From contig NC_134032.1 of the NCBI RefSeq assembly GCF_964204645.1, positions 2,876,175-2,940,174 of the forward strand: DNA of 64,000 bases. The letters run 5' to 3'. Origin of the DNA: Tubulanus polymorphus (Eukaryota > Animalia > Nemertea). The translations under genes and the position numbers were made by a program. The first letter of the stretch is position 1, and every line of letters begins with the position of its first letter. Positions 1-12,235 of the stretch are shown piece by piece. The notes under the pieces were generated by a model that saw only the letters and a program-made list of their open reading frames with translations, was not told the origin of the DNA and did not search any database.

Positions 1-999
1 TTTACTATTTTTCATAGTCATTTAAGACTAAGTAGTTTTAAAACTAACACTACAAAAAATTTTAATAAATTTCTACAGCCTTTACAACAAATATTCAAAG
101 GAATAATGTTTTTCGATTAAAGTTTCACGCTGCAGAAGAGTTTTGATAGATACATCACAAATCTTTCACAAACATTATTTCTAAGTTTTAAAATAGGATG
201 GATGAGGAAATATTCTAATTTTGTGACCAAAGCCGCTACCAATACGAGGTATATTTCAAGAAAGGAATTGAAATTGTTCTTGCGGCTAATTCTGTCTAAG
301 TTTCATCAGTTCATAAGTGAAAATATTCTTAGATCTAACCATGATCATACTTACTATCACTAAATGATAATACAAAACGATGATTTAAACATCCATGTTC
401 CTTGCTGTCTACTAGAAAATGCCATGGATTGCTATTCAAATCCTATTTTTGCGCTTAGTTTGAACGGATATGGTCCGTTCAACAGCTAATTATAATCATT
501 AATATGTAGACTTTCAAAATCAAGAGGCATTTTGGCTCAATTCGAATGCCAAATAGGTATAAAATTAAGTTGAATTGCTTTTTTTTGTTGAATTGCTTGC
601 TTTTATAGCTTATTTCCTATTCATTTCTATAGACATCATTTCCGAGCCGTCACTTTAGTGACGTAGTTCTATTAATAGACACAGTACCACGCGTTTAGCA
701 GAAGCAATGTATACACTGAACAGGTGCGCGAACATCAAAATCATCAATTCTGACTAGATTGAAAAGATTTTTCCAATTATGAAATCACCTAGCCTTATTG
801 TATAGTAGAAAAGTATTGAATAGTAGAAAATCTTTAAAAAAGTTGTCACCCTGTAAAATATGTGCAATAATGCGGGACCTGTGGGATCGCCTCAAAATGG
901 CAAGGCGCCTGGTAACTGAAAACTTTCCTATACAGCAGTGACTCACTATATATTACGTTACGTATAAAAAATGAAGAAATCCCACACTTCGCATTTAAA

Positions 1000-1410
1000 A
1001 TTATACGATTCAATTTATTATTATGAAACCACAACGTTTCGGCTGTTGATTAACAGCCATCATCAGATGGAATGACCAGAAAAACAAGTAACAAAGCATA
1101 TTAACTCACAGGATCTAAAATAGAAGCAGTGTGTCAAAACTATAAAGATAAACAGACCAAGCAATAAAACACCAAGGGGTACCGTGGAAACCACAGCAAT
1201 TCTAAACAGTTCAGAGTAAAAACAAATTATGTAACTAAGTGAAGTGGACTGAAGAGGGTGGCGATAACAGAGTGACACATAGTGACATTTACCAAAATCA
1301 AGTAGAGTTGATACGTCTGGATAATAATTGATTATGTGGAGAAAAACCAGTATTTAAATTAGTAGATAAATTGGATTTCGAAATTTATGATTTCAATAAG
1401 CAGGACCAAT
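1000..1410 (-). mobile_element. Degraded 3' remnant of a Penelope-like retroelement
   Basis: Hammerhead motif lies downstream of a decayed frame (about 1405-1310, minus; LLIES*ISKSNLSTNLNTGFSP, needs one frameshift) resembling the C-terminus of the PLE GIY-YIG domain. Confidence 0.45.
1029..1070 (-). ncRNA. Minimal type I hammerhead ribozyme motif of the kind found in Penelope-like elements
   Basis: Minus strand reads CCAU-CUGAUGA-U-GGCUGUU-AAUC-AACAGCC-GAAAC-GUU-GUGG: both core boxes, 7-bp stem II, palindromic minimal stem III (AACGUU), short stem I. Confidence 0.7.
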
Positions 1411-1489
1411 TTTCAAGATGAGAAAATAATCAACTCAAACTCAATCATGATAAAATCCGTGTCCAGGACGGGTTCTATCCTAGTATTTA

Positions 1490-1897
1490 TAGATTTGACC
1501 TCGAATATTTTTGAACTGTGAAATCCTTTTGACTTGTTGTATATTTTACTTTGAATTCTTCGATGAATTACTAATTTGAACTATTTTTATTTCACCCTAG
1601 CGTAATGTAAAGTCCGATGAACACTTTTTTAATTTGCGATATATTTGAGCTGTGCGATAACTTTTAGTATTAATTTAGTATTGATAAACTGTTAATTTGT
1701 AGTATTTTCTAATTTCAATTGCACGATAATTAGAATGCTCATGATATTCATGTTATACCGTACAGTAAATGTGAATATGAATTAAATTGTATCAATAATT
1801 TGACTACATTGACCTTAAGATTGTATCTACTAACACTCTAAGTCAAAAAATGGGAATTTTTACCTATTTGAAGAATTTGGAATTTTTACCGCTAACC
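1490..1897 (-). repeat. Diverged inverted partial copy of the dispersed element at 6130-6870
   Basis: TTTTTACCGCTAACCG end and TAAGATTGTATCTACT block are reverse-complementary to 6130-6260. Confidence 0.55.
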
Positions 1898-3669
1898 GAA
1901 TTTTTCATATTCATTTACATGGTGAATTTCTTAAGACAATGAATCTAAAGTCACTTACCGATATGAATCCGTCATTCGTGGTCTTATCACAACGCAACTT
2001 CTTCACTTGACCGACAACCTGCATTCCGATTCTTAACATGACCTTTTTCGTTAAGCCATCCGCATACAAAAATGTCCATCCATTTGAATCACTTTTGCTA
2101 CACATCTCGATAGATTATTAGAACTTTTAAGAAAAGCTGCTACCCGATTTTGCTTCGTGCGACTTCTCGACCACTCGAAATAAAGTGCGCGCATTCAGAC
2201 TCCGGCCAAACAGATGGTACGTACGTAGTTGACCTAGTCCGGAAACTTACACTTCCTTGACCCAGTTAAGATAAATGATAGAATTTACAGTAGAGTAAAA
2301 TCGTCAAAATCAAGGGGGTTGGTGGATATTATGCGGGAGATTGCTGCTCGATGAACTTTTTGGAGAATCATTTTTTCATTATTCATTCTGTGTCTAAGAT
2401 CGCTGCTATGTCTTCAGAAAAGGAATTGATACTCGAAAAAAAAATCGGTTAAATACACATTTAATATACCTCCACTAGACAAAATTCACAGGAAGTCGAA
2501 CAGAAAAGCTTGTTCCGTGTTAAAAATGGGCTAAAATCGTTTTGTACGCGTTCTATCAAGGGCTGGACTTATCACCGAACTTTCCGCGAATCAAGAAAAT
2601 GAATATATTTCGCATAAAAACCTAATTGTATGGCGTCCTAAGTAAATAGCCACATGTAATCCACTAACTTTAGAGCTCTACACCGCATAGCCATATTCGT
2701 CGGCTACAAAGCCTTTTTACCCAGGCACATTGTTGAAATTTTTCTCCATATCATTTCCAGTTTTATCTCTTCATTTCGTTCATATATCTAACAAGTCAAA
2801 TTGATGAATGAGGTTTATACAACATTTCATTTCTTCATACAAATAAGATTGAAGATAAGTTTCATCATAGAAATATGTACTTTCAAGACGAATATATACG
2901 CGCAGGAGCTGTTAATAATTTGAACGGTTAAACATATCTTTGTAGGATACAAAGACAGTCATCGTCAGGAACATGATTGTCATTGAATAAAATACGATTT
3001 TGTTAATTCTTATAACATAGTGGAATGTATCGGTACACAAATTACTAGTAAAAATACAAGTAGTTTGATACTGTGAACTAACACGATGATACGAACAATT
3101 CGTTAAAACGATAAATGTTCGAACAGTGTCTCATTTCCCTAGTAAACCAATTCGGTTAATACGCTTGCTGATCAACTGTATCGGAAATAGTGCATGTGCA
3201 GTGTAACCATATGATTACTGATCCAAGGTGTAACAATAACATGACATGTGAAGAAGAACGTTCCAAAATCGAAAGAGACTAACTTGAGTTTTAACGTAAA
3301 TCAACAAATGATTAACTTTTGAAAATCTTTCTTTATTATCTATACCCAGTCTTTCAACGCTTTACTGCAAAGTAGGCATACAAGGTGCATTTTGAATTAT
3401 GATTATCAGAATGCATGAAAATAGGACTAATTTTTAAGGTTTCTTGGGACGACGAGCAGCGAAATCCGCCTAAAAACACCCCCACTCCACGTGAAAATCC
3501 CGTATGCCTCTGCTCTTTGTTTTATTACTCTTTCATTATTCAGAATCGAGTACAACCGATCGGGGATTTCAGGAACTTCGAACAATCAAATATGATAAGG
3601 CGCGTTCACACGACGAAATTTAGACCGGTCTATGATAGTAGAGTAGTGATATAAAACGGAAGGTCTATC

Positions 3670-3700
3670 CTACGAGCAATTATCTAACAATTGCTCGTAG
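3670..3700. repeat. 31-bp micro inverted repeat flanked by a 7-bp direct repeat (transposon footprint)
   Basis: GTCTATC-[CTACGAGCAATT-atctaac-AATTGCTCGTAG]-GTCTATC. Confidence 0.7.
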
Positions 3701-6129
3701 GTCTATCCCACAATAGCTATAGATCGTACTTTGAGAGCACATGTTACAAGTTCAGTATTTCATTAAGTCGCAAGCTGAATCGAGTCGACAAGGATTTTTA
3801 AAAACTATACAATAAATCATATAATTTTTTACGCAAAAAATTTTTATTCTGGTCATGAAATACAAACTTCACTGCATACAAAAAAACGGGAATCCATATT
3901 TATGGTTTTTTCCTCTGTGATCTGGGTTGTGTTGCCCAACCTCTAACAGCCTAGCGGGCCTAACTATTTGATAATGGGGTCCTCGCTAGATAGAACATGC
4001 AGGAGGCCCGGCTATATCAATATATAATAAAGACGTCACATGTCACGTATCAAATGTTATGACCCCTGAACCAGGCGTTGTCCATAGCTTCTAACGGCCG
4101 TGTGGGCCAAATAACCTTATAATCAAATAGATTTTCGAAGGGCACAAACAATTTTGGCCGTCCTGTGACACGGTTTGGATCCGCCCCTGGTGTGGATAGA
4201 CTATATGCCGAAGATCAAAACGTATTGGCCAAATATTGAGACGGCATTTTAACCGGTTGCTCTAAAAATCCAATCGTTTACGATCAATATCATTAGGGGG
4301 TAAATAACTAAAATCGTGACCATTGTTCTCACACGACAACAAGCCAGGTATTTAATTTTAAGCGAACCAGGCCCGAAGAAAATATTTCACGGTTGCGCAG
4401 CTAGAATGTTTTTAAAGGTTTGGTCGAAAAATATGTGTTTTACAAAAAGCTACTTTATTCACCATATTTTCACAGAGTTTGGGTCCATGGAAAATCTACC
4501 CCCAAAATAGAATAGTAGTATGGTCTTCACGCCGTGAACAACACTGAGATTTGTTAATGCGTTACATTTCATAAATGCTCATAATTTCCGCTAAACAGAA
4601 ATCCCATATTTTCAATAGAACCAGTTTTTGTTCGATTTTTCAAAATTTGACTGAAATTATTCCTCTTTTAATACGTCTGGAACTTGCGATTATGATAAGA
4701 ATATCAAGATAGTGAAATACGTATTTTTAGTCACAAGATCATAATATCACTTTGATGTTGGATGCTGACATGAACATCAGCTGACATATTAACACCACAG
4801 GATATACTATACAGGTTGTAAAACTGACAAAATTTGCAAAGGCTTTAGAATAAAATATGTTTCTACGGCGGGAGCTCTCAGCATTTTAGAGTACACGGTC
4901 TCAGATACGGCATAGGTCAAACTTGAGCGTTGTTTACAGTGCACCATGTGGCCTACGGGAAGGTCTCCGCTCTGCTGCTATTTAGATTTTCGTGTGTGGT
5001 TTCAGCTGGCTACAATGCTATTCTTATCCCTTGTGGCAATCGGCGGGAAATGCTAACATCTGGAACGAGTATCTACCATAAACGATACATGTATAAGCAC
5101 AGTCCGCCAGTCTTCAGTTTTATATTTGGCCTCATGTGATCTTTTGTTGAAGAATGAATGAAATACAATTTTGTGGTCTAAAAACGCCCGTGTCATTTAC
5201 TTTAAATCATAGAACAAGTAAAGTTCTGCAAACTCATAAACCGAAAAGATCTTTCTTTTCAGTTTATGAGTTTTTTATATTCATCAACGCCTATAGAAAT
5301 AAAAAGTAAATTCATTTTAGAAGGTTAAGGACATGTGCATATTCCAAAAAAAATTATGAAACAATAAAACGCACACTCATTTTTCAACTCAGATATATAT
5401 TTTTATCGATAACAGGTAGGCCTAATACGTAATCCCCCGGTTAATGTCCTTAGGTAAAGTTCCCGGATAAAAAACCGTCCAAATTTGATTTCACAGCAAA
5501 AGTCAATAAGATACTTATGTATATATATTCTTATATGTATGTATATTCTTATGTTATGAAAAACTTTAATAGTTTTCAAAAATTTCAAATTTGCCGTGGT
5601 GTTTCACAATGTTCACCTTGGATAATCTGTGCCTTTTACCAAGCTACGTGCATAAAAATGACATTATTTTAAACCTAATGCCTACTGTCTCATGATCATA
5701 TTATAGAATGTTACATTGCGACTTAAGATTATTAGGTCATATATGATGGCCCGAGGTGACTTAAAAAAAATCCACAAATATCTCGAGTACCCCGGCCCTG
5801 GGTTAATCTATGAAATGGGTGCCATGTTAGTAAATCGTGCCGTTTTGTCGAAAATTGTCTTCGTTTTGCGACTCATTTTATTTGTGGAAGAATTGATGAA
5901 AGTTGATCTAGCCCACGAGTAACGTTTCAGTGCTCGTAGATCTAGCGAACTAACATGATCTTTGAAATCATCGATTTTGAAATAGAGATTGCTAACATTC
6001 AACAGCAAGCCCGCGCCAGGTTATACCGGAACGTATTTTATACGCTAAAACAGGTGGGGGTCATTAGGGGCCAGTGAAACAATTTTAGCTATAATGAATA
6101 GTGAAACGATTTTGTGACAAGATTTATAT

Positions 6130-6870
6130 CGGTTTAGCGGTAAAAAGCCCCTAGGTAAAAATACCCAATTCTTCGAAGTAGCTACGTAAAAATCCCCCTC
6201 CTTTCGAATGCAGTCTAAGTAGATACAATCTTTAGGTTAATCAATTCATATTATTGATACATACATCCAATTTATTCATATTATTCTGTGGAACACCATA
6301 AGGATATCATGAGCATACAAACTATAGTTTAAACTATTTGAATTAAAACACTACAAATTAACAGTTCATTGATACTCAATTAGTACTTAAAGTGATCGCA
6401 TAACTGAATGAAAAGGTTCATCGCACATTTCAAATACACTAGCTTAAATCTAAAATAGTTCAAATTAAATTACACTAGCTTAAATCTAAGATAGTTCAAA
6501 TTAAAAGTACATTATTTCTAATAATTCATGGCATCGCACAGCTGAAATATACCACAAGTTAACAAGAGTTCACAGTTCAAAATATTCCAGTTCGAATTTT
6601 AAGATATTACAAATAAAAAGTTCATTATTCTTATTTATTCTAACAATTATTTATTTTATTCTAAGAATGTTCTTAAGAATTTATCGCAACAAAAGATTTC
6701 ATTGCACAGTTTAAACATATTTCAGTCTCATTGCAAACGAACAAAATTGGAGAAACATCTTGCTTTGAAATGTCCTTGAAATTCAACAAGTGGGGATTTT
6801 TACCTACTTTGAATATTTGTGGATTTTTACCTAGGGGATTTTTACCCAGGAGATTTTTACCTACAACCGA
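6130..6870. mobile_element. Non-autonomous DNA transposon (MITE-like) with subterminal GGTAAAAA repeats
   Basis: CGGTT...GGTAAAAA motifs at the left end, inverted TTTTTACC...AACCG at the right end; second copy at about 1490-1897. Confidence 0.55.
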
Positions 6871-6876
6871 TTTATC

Positions 6877-7109
6877 AAGGGCGGATCCAGGGTCCTCTCT
6901 CGAGGGTGTTCCAAATTAAGAGCACTCAATAGGCCGAACTCAAAACAGAAGAAAGCGACATTTTGCCATGTGAATGAAGTTTAATATTTCACTAATATGA
7001 CACAAAGTAACTTTTATACTAAACTTGTAATAGATTGAGGGATAGTCCAGGAGCATGGACAAAGCTCGACGGTGTTCCGAAACCCCCGATACCCCCTGGA
7101 TCCGCCTGC
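6877..7109. mobile_element. Short MITE with GGCGGATCCAGGG terminal inverted repeats
   Basis: GGCGGATCCAGGG near 6880 and CCCTGGATCCGCC near 7095-7107. Confidence 0.5.
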
Positions 7110-8534
7110 CTAATGCAATATCGATTGATAATAGTGAGAGGCACTGGTGCACGTGAATATATGATATAACATCAGCGTGATTTCGTGAATTTTGTGGTAC
7201 ATGTGAATCGTGAATTTCTCGACGAGCAGCAAATCGATCGAGGTGGGAATTCGAAAGTCATTTAGTCGGAATGGTTTTTATTGATATTTGCCTTTCTGAG
7301 GTTTTGAATGCCTTGAAGATGGGTTAATTTTATCCAATGAAAAATTAAGCAAGTTTCACATCAAACAACTACATCAAAACACCGAGTAAATTGCACATTA
7401 ACCATAAAAAAAGAATTCATTGAGTGACTATGAGAATTATAGGCCTTTGGCATTAATCAATTTTGCCTATTGAGAACACGTGAACTCATTACATGATACG
7501 TCAAATTTAAGAAGATTTTACTGTTGAATTGAATGCGCCATTTGCTAAATTACACATCATTAATAGAAAAAATTATGAAAAGTTATAAAGTAGATGCACA
7601 GTTTCTTCAATTAATACGTCAAATTTAGGAACATTTTAAACTTAAAATGCAAATATAATTAAATCAAAGTAGAGCCATTATTTGTTATAAAATGTTTAAA
7701 TTGTTATTAAAATATTTTACCAAGTTTGTTCTCTGGAGTTATTATGATGTGAAATTAACTACATTACCAAGTGAGTAATGATAGACTGGGGACATTTTTT
7801 CCGGGGACAATTTTTCCCGGGGACATCTGACCATATACCGAATAATGCGGACGCAACGTGCACAGCACGATTTTCAGCTCGTTACGGGGCCTATATAGCA
7901 AAACAATCAAGTTTATGATATATTATACATGTACTTTCTTAATTTGTCTTTTTTATTTTATGAATAATCATGACATGTTATACACATAGATTTGATCTGC
8001 GAAACGATCTCTTCAGATAAAGGCCTATATTAGAATAATATCTAAGATTATTTTCATGTTTCTCTTTATCATTTATGGCAGTTAAACCTGGTTGCTCTGG
8101 TCTGAGGAAGCTTCTCACCTATTATTTGTTATAAAATCAACAAGCATTAGGCCTATGTTTGCTGAGATACTTAATGGCGACCTGATTATAGGCTACTCAA
8201 AGTTTGTTTTCTTGGCAATCTGGCATTATCCGTTGCCAGAGGCCTCAAACCTGTCACATGAATCTACGAGCATTTATGTCATTGAGATGATTGCTCGTGG
8301 CATGAATCCTTTCTAGAAAATATTATCTAAAGCTTGCAAATCGACTCTGTATATGAAGGATTCACATATCACATTTGCACAATATCACGTATCATTTATT
8401 CTTTAAAGGTATGAATCATTCCACTTATTAGCCTACATTCAGACTAATTAAGATCTCACTTTAACTCAATCTACAACGTAGGATTTGAAATTCTGATTTT
8501 GGATTTGAAATTATTTTCTAAATTTCGACCTGAG

Positions 8535-9551
8535 TATATGAAAGGCTGAATCCAAGAACATGTTAACTTAGTAAATTTTATGATACAAAATTCTATCGTG
8601 GAATTTCTTCATTTATCTACAGTTAACGGATTAGAGTATTTTATTCGACTTCGTCGGGTCCTGTAGTCGTTTAGGTTGAAAATTATTCACTTTTCGGCAC
8701 GGAAGCGATATACAACCGTGTTGGTCGCTATGATAGGGATTCCCTGTATATCTGCACCTTAAATCGGTACCTTTGTTGGTTCTAGCCCGCATTCGCATCG
8801 GAATTCAAGTATTGGTAACGTTATTACTCTGAATGCACTTCTGTCGTCGAATATGGTGCCACATATTAGTAGTTATTATTTTACGACAATTTGTGAAAAA
8901 GAGTTTAGTTGGAAAAAACTGATAATCATCTTAAATGATCATTGGTTCATCGATTCAGCGAAGTTCAAACACCGTACATTTTGGCGTATTATTTTATTAT
9001 TTTTCACATCCTCAAAGAGTATCTACAATATCTTCAGATCTTAACTGAGTCACTCTAAATAGAACTATACAGCGTGAGTAGAGTTTCTCAGTATGTTTAT
9101 ATTGTCACGTATCACTGCAAATCTGAAGCATATGTTGCTACAGTGTATTTATAACAGGGAATCTGGCAAGCGATCTCAAAATGGTCACTTTTCAATAGCT
9201 GACTTTTAGAAACGATATGTTTTGGAGCAGCCGTTATAGTAGGAGTTACTATCACAAAGTCACTGTTTACAGGCGAGTGGTTTTACAGTCACCTCTACTG
9301 CTTGTGTGCACTATCGCAACCAGATGTTTTCATGGTCACTTTTCAATAGTAGACTATTCCAAACAGCCACTTTAGAAAACCAACCGAATTGAAAGGAATA
9401 CAATTTCAGAGTGACTGTTTTGAAATGTATACTACTGGAAAAGTAGCCGATATAGTTAATTGCTTATTGTTCTCAAGTGACTACTAAGTAAAAGTAGACG
9501 TTTGGGCTCAAAAGTGCGATAGACATGTTCTTGGATTCAGCCTTTCATATA
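8535..9551. mobile_element. About 1-kb MITE with perfect 29-bp terminal inverted repeats
   Basis: TATATGAAAGGCTGAATCCAAGAACATGT at 8535 and its exact reverse complement ending at 9551. Confidence 0.75.
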
Positions 9552-10316
9552 TGTTGCTTCTCTTCCCCAGCATTTGAATTGATTTAAACACAATTTTCGC
9601 TAATTTTTGGATGTTTTCAAGATTCGGTCAGGAAAATACTTTATTGAAAATTAATAGAATAATGAAAAAATTGCGTTTTCCCTGTTATCCTCCCATAATC
9701 CGTGCCCTCAAAAAGGCCTTAAGGATCATTCCGCCGGGTTTCTCCTAATGATCGAATAAAACAAGATCTAGCCATTAACTCAGTATCTAGGCCCCTAGTG
9801 ATAAAGAATGCCTGCCCGCTTCTGGCGTTTATCTCACATGATACGTTTTAGGCATAGCGCCTATGAATATACGGGTACATGATTGGTTGCGCACTACGCG
9901 ATTGCATTGGAACTCCCACTCCACTCATTCCGCTCATTCCACGAGCCGTTTCGCGTCCGCGTAAGTAAGGTTTTCTTTTAGAGTCTCGATTTAATTTTTC
10001 ACACGAAGGCCAATTCACGTGAAAACAACATTGTTTTATCATAAATTTGATCTAGATACCGGGTATTCGATTTGGATGATTGATTATCTGTATCATGCCT
10101 TGTGTTCAATTTTGAAATATTTTACCATTTCAGTCAAATTTTTGGGATTAAGGCGTGTGGTTATACTGAAGTTGATCTACAACATTAAGGAGATGGATTG
10201 TGGTAGCAGTGAAATAAGTTTGACGATATGTGAGTTGAAAATATAATCATTATTTAGTCTAGCCTAGGCCTATTGTGCCATCTCGGGTGAGTTGCTCAGT
10301 CAAAAGTTGGTTAGAG

Positions 10317-10338
10317 CATGGACGTATATACGTCCATG
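10317..10338. repeat. 22-bp perfect palindrome flanked by a 7-bp direct repeat (P-element-like footprint)
   Basis: GTTAGAG-[CATGGACGTATATACGTCCATG]-GTTAGAG. Confidence 0.7.
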
Positions 10339-11605
10339 GTTAGAGTAACCATAATGGATAGTTGACTTGTATCCGCCGGTTATCTTTAACCAACTTTTTC
10401 AAGAGCCTATAGACCTAGTCCAGTCCTCTCTTGGGAGGCGCTCGTCAAATCGTTTTAAATGGAGGCTACGCGCGTAGTGGTTGATTGAGTTTTCCCTAGG
10501 TGATAGATTGGTTGGATGTTAAAAATGCCCATATAATTCCGACGGTACAAATTTATGACAATAAATATTAAAAGATAAAAAGTACCAGTACGTAATCGCA
10601 AACTTAGACAATAAATATAGGAAGTTAATGAAATCTTTAAAATATGTGATATATGATATGATCAAGCGCTTAATAACGGGATTTAAGAAAAGAATATTTA
10701 AATTTCCTCTGCCGTCCCGAGGTTAATCCCTAAGTGAATATTATCCGACACCTGAAATTGAAAATAAGTTATTTTTAATTGTTCGATATAGTGTTTAGGC
10801 CGTACCCTCCTTTATTCGCCTTCATAGGCCTGCAGCTTGTAGGCCTTTTTTTAAGAGCAGCTACATCCAATGAATTTCAAGTTGGCTTTGGAATTCTTTT
10901 TCGTCAGCTTTTCTCATTTAGACCAGGCCCTAATCGCTTTTGGAAAGCAATCGATCAAATCGGGGTGCATCTAGCAGGGGATCTTTAGAGAAAAAAGTGC
11001 AACGATTTGCACTCACGGATCACCGTACTGTACCGTTATGTACGTCACGGCCACCGTAGAAGCGGTGTGTGGAGTATCCGCTTTAATAGGCCCTATTTAA
11101 GATCCTTCGATTGAATTTCTGCTAGAGCCTGCTGAGTTACACGGCTACACGTGTTTTACCCCAGTGGTACCAGTTTCACATATCTAAAGTGTCACTTCAA
11201 GGGCTCGTAACATTATTAGGCCTAGCTAGCCGATTCATTTTGTTGTCCGACCTGCCTCCTCCGAGTCCACAAACAAAGTACGGTAAAAACAGAGCCACAT
11301 CGAAAAAGTTAAAAGTAAGGACAAAACATGGTTTTATTATTATTGTAGACGATTAGAGACTAGAGTGATGACTAATGTTTATGAGACCCATGCTCCTCGA
11401 TTGGGTTGTCTCCCGGCCGCAGACCCTCCGATTGGTCTGCCTAACACCGTCCAAGACCTGGGCAGACAGGTTGCTGCTCGGCACTAGTCTATATCTAGCT
11501 ATTATACAGGCCTAGGCCTATGAAAAATAGTAGGATAAATAGCAAATGAATATGAATTTAGGGCCTATTTATTTTTGAGATCAAAATCTGTCCTATAGGC
11601 TAAGA

Positions 11606-12235
11606 GGTAAAAGTGCAGATCCGCACCTCTCTTAAAATGGTGCAATCAATTACATTAAATATCACTGATTCAGACCCAAAATGTCATCAGCAATTCAGTA
11701 CACTGGTTTATTTTATGGTATCTTCACTAGAAAGTACATTTTTAGCCTGTATTTTGTCTCGAGATCGTCACGATTTTTGAACCGGACGCCATATTGGATG
11801 GGTCAATCTAAAGTGAAGATTTGTTTAGAATATTGCTGAAACAATGTTTCATGACCCATTCATTTTGAGGAAGAAAATATAAATTTCTTGTCTATTTCAA
11901 CGATGATATCTTGAAATTTGGTTTAGCATTAATAACCCCAGTGACAGTTGACAAAAATTTGATTAGTTTTATGTAGGCCTACTGATTACCCTCACATCGT
12001 TTCAGTTATAACTTAAGACAAATCTTAACTTTAGATTTCCTAATCCAATAAGGCATCCTACTGAAAGATCGTCACGATTCTGGGATAAAAACCGGGCCAA
12101 AAATCTGCTTTCTAGAAGAGATATCATAAAATAAATAACTGCATTGGATTCTGTGAGACATTCTGAAGTTAGAACAGTGATTTGTAATTCAGTAGATTGC
12201 GTCAATCACGAGAGGTGCGAATCTGCACTTTTACC
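11606..12235. mobile_element. Merlin-like MITE
   Basis: 25-bp TIR GGTAAAAGTGCAGATCCGCACCTCT / AGAGGTGCGAATCTGCACTTTTACC; 8-bp flanks GGCTAAGA / AGCTAAGA. Confidence 0.65.

Noticed and set aside
8715-8800. tRNA/SINE-like A- and B-box resemblance
   Set aside because: Too degenerate; no cloverleaf can be built
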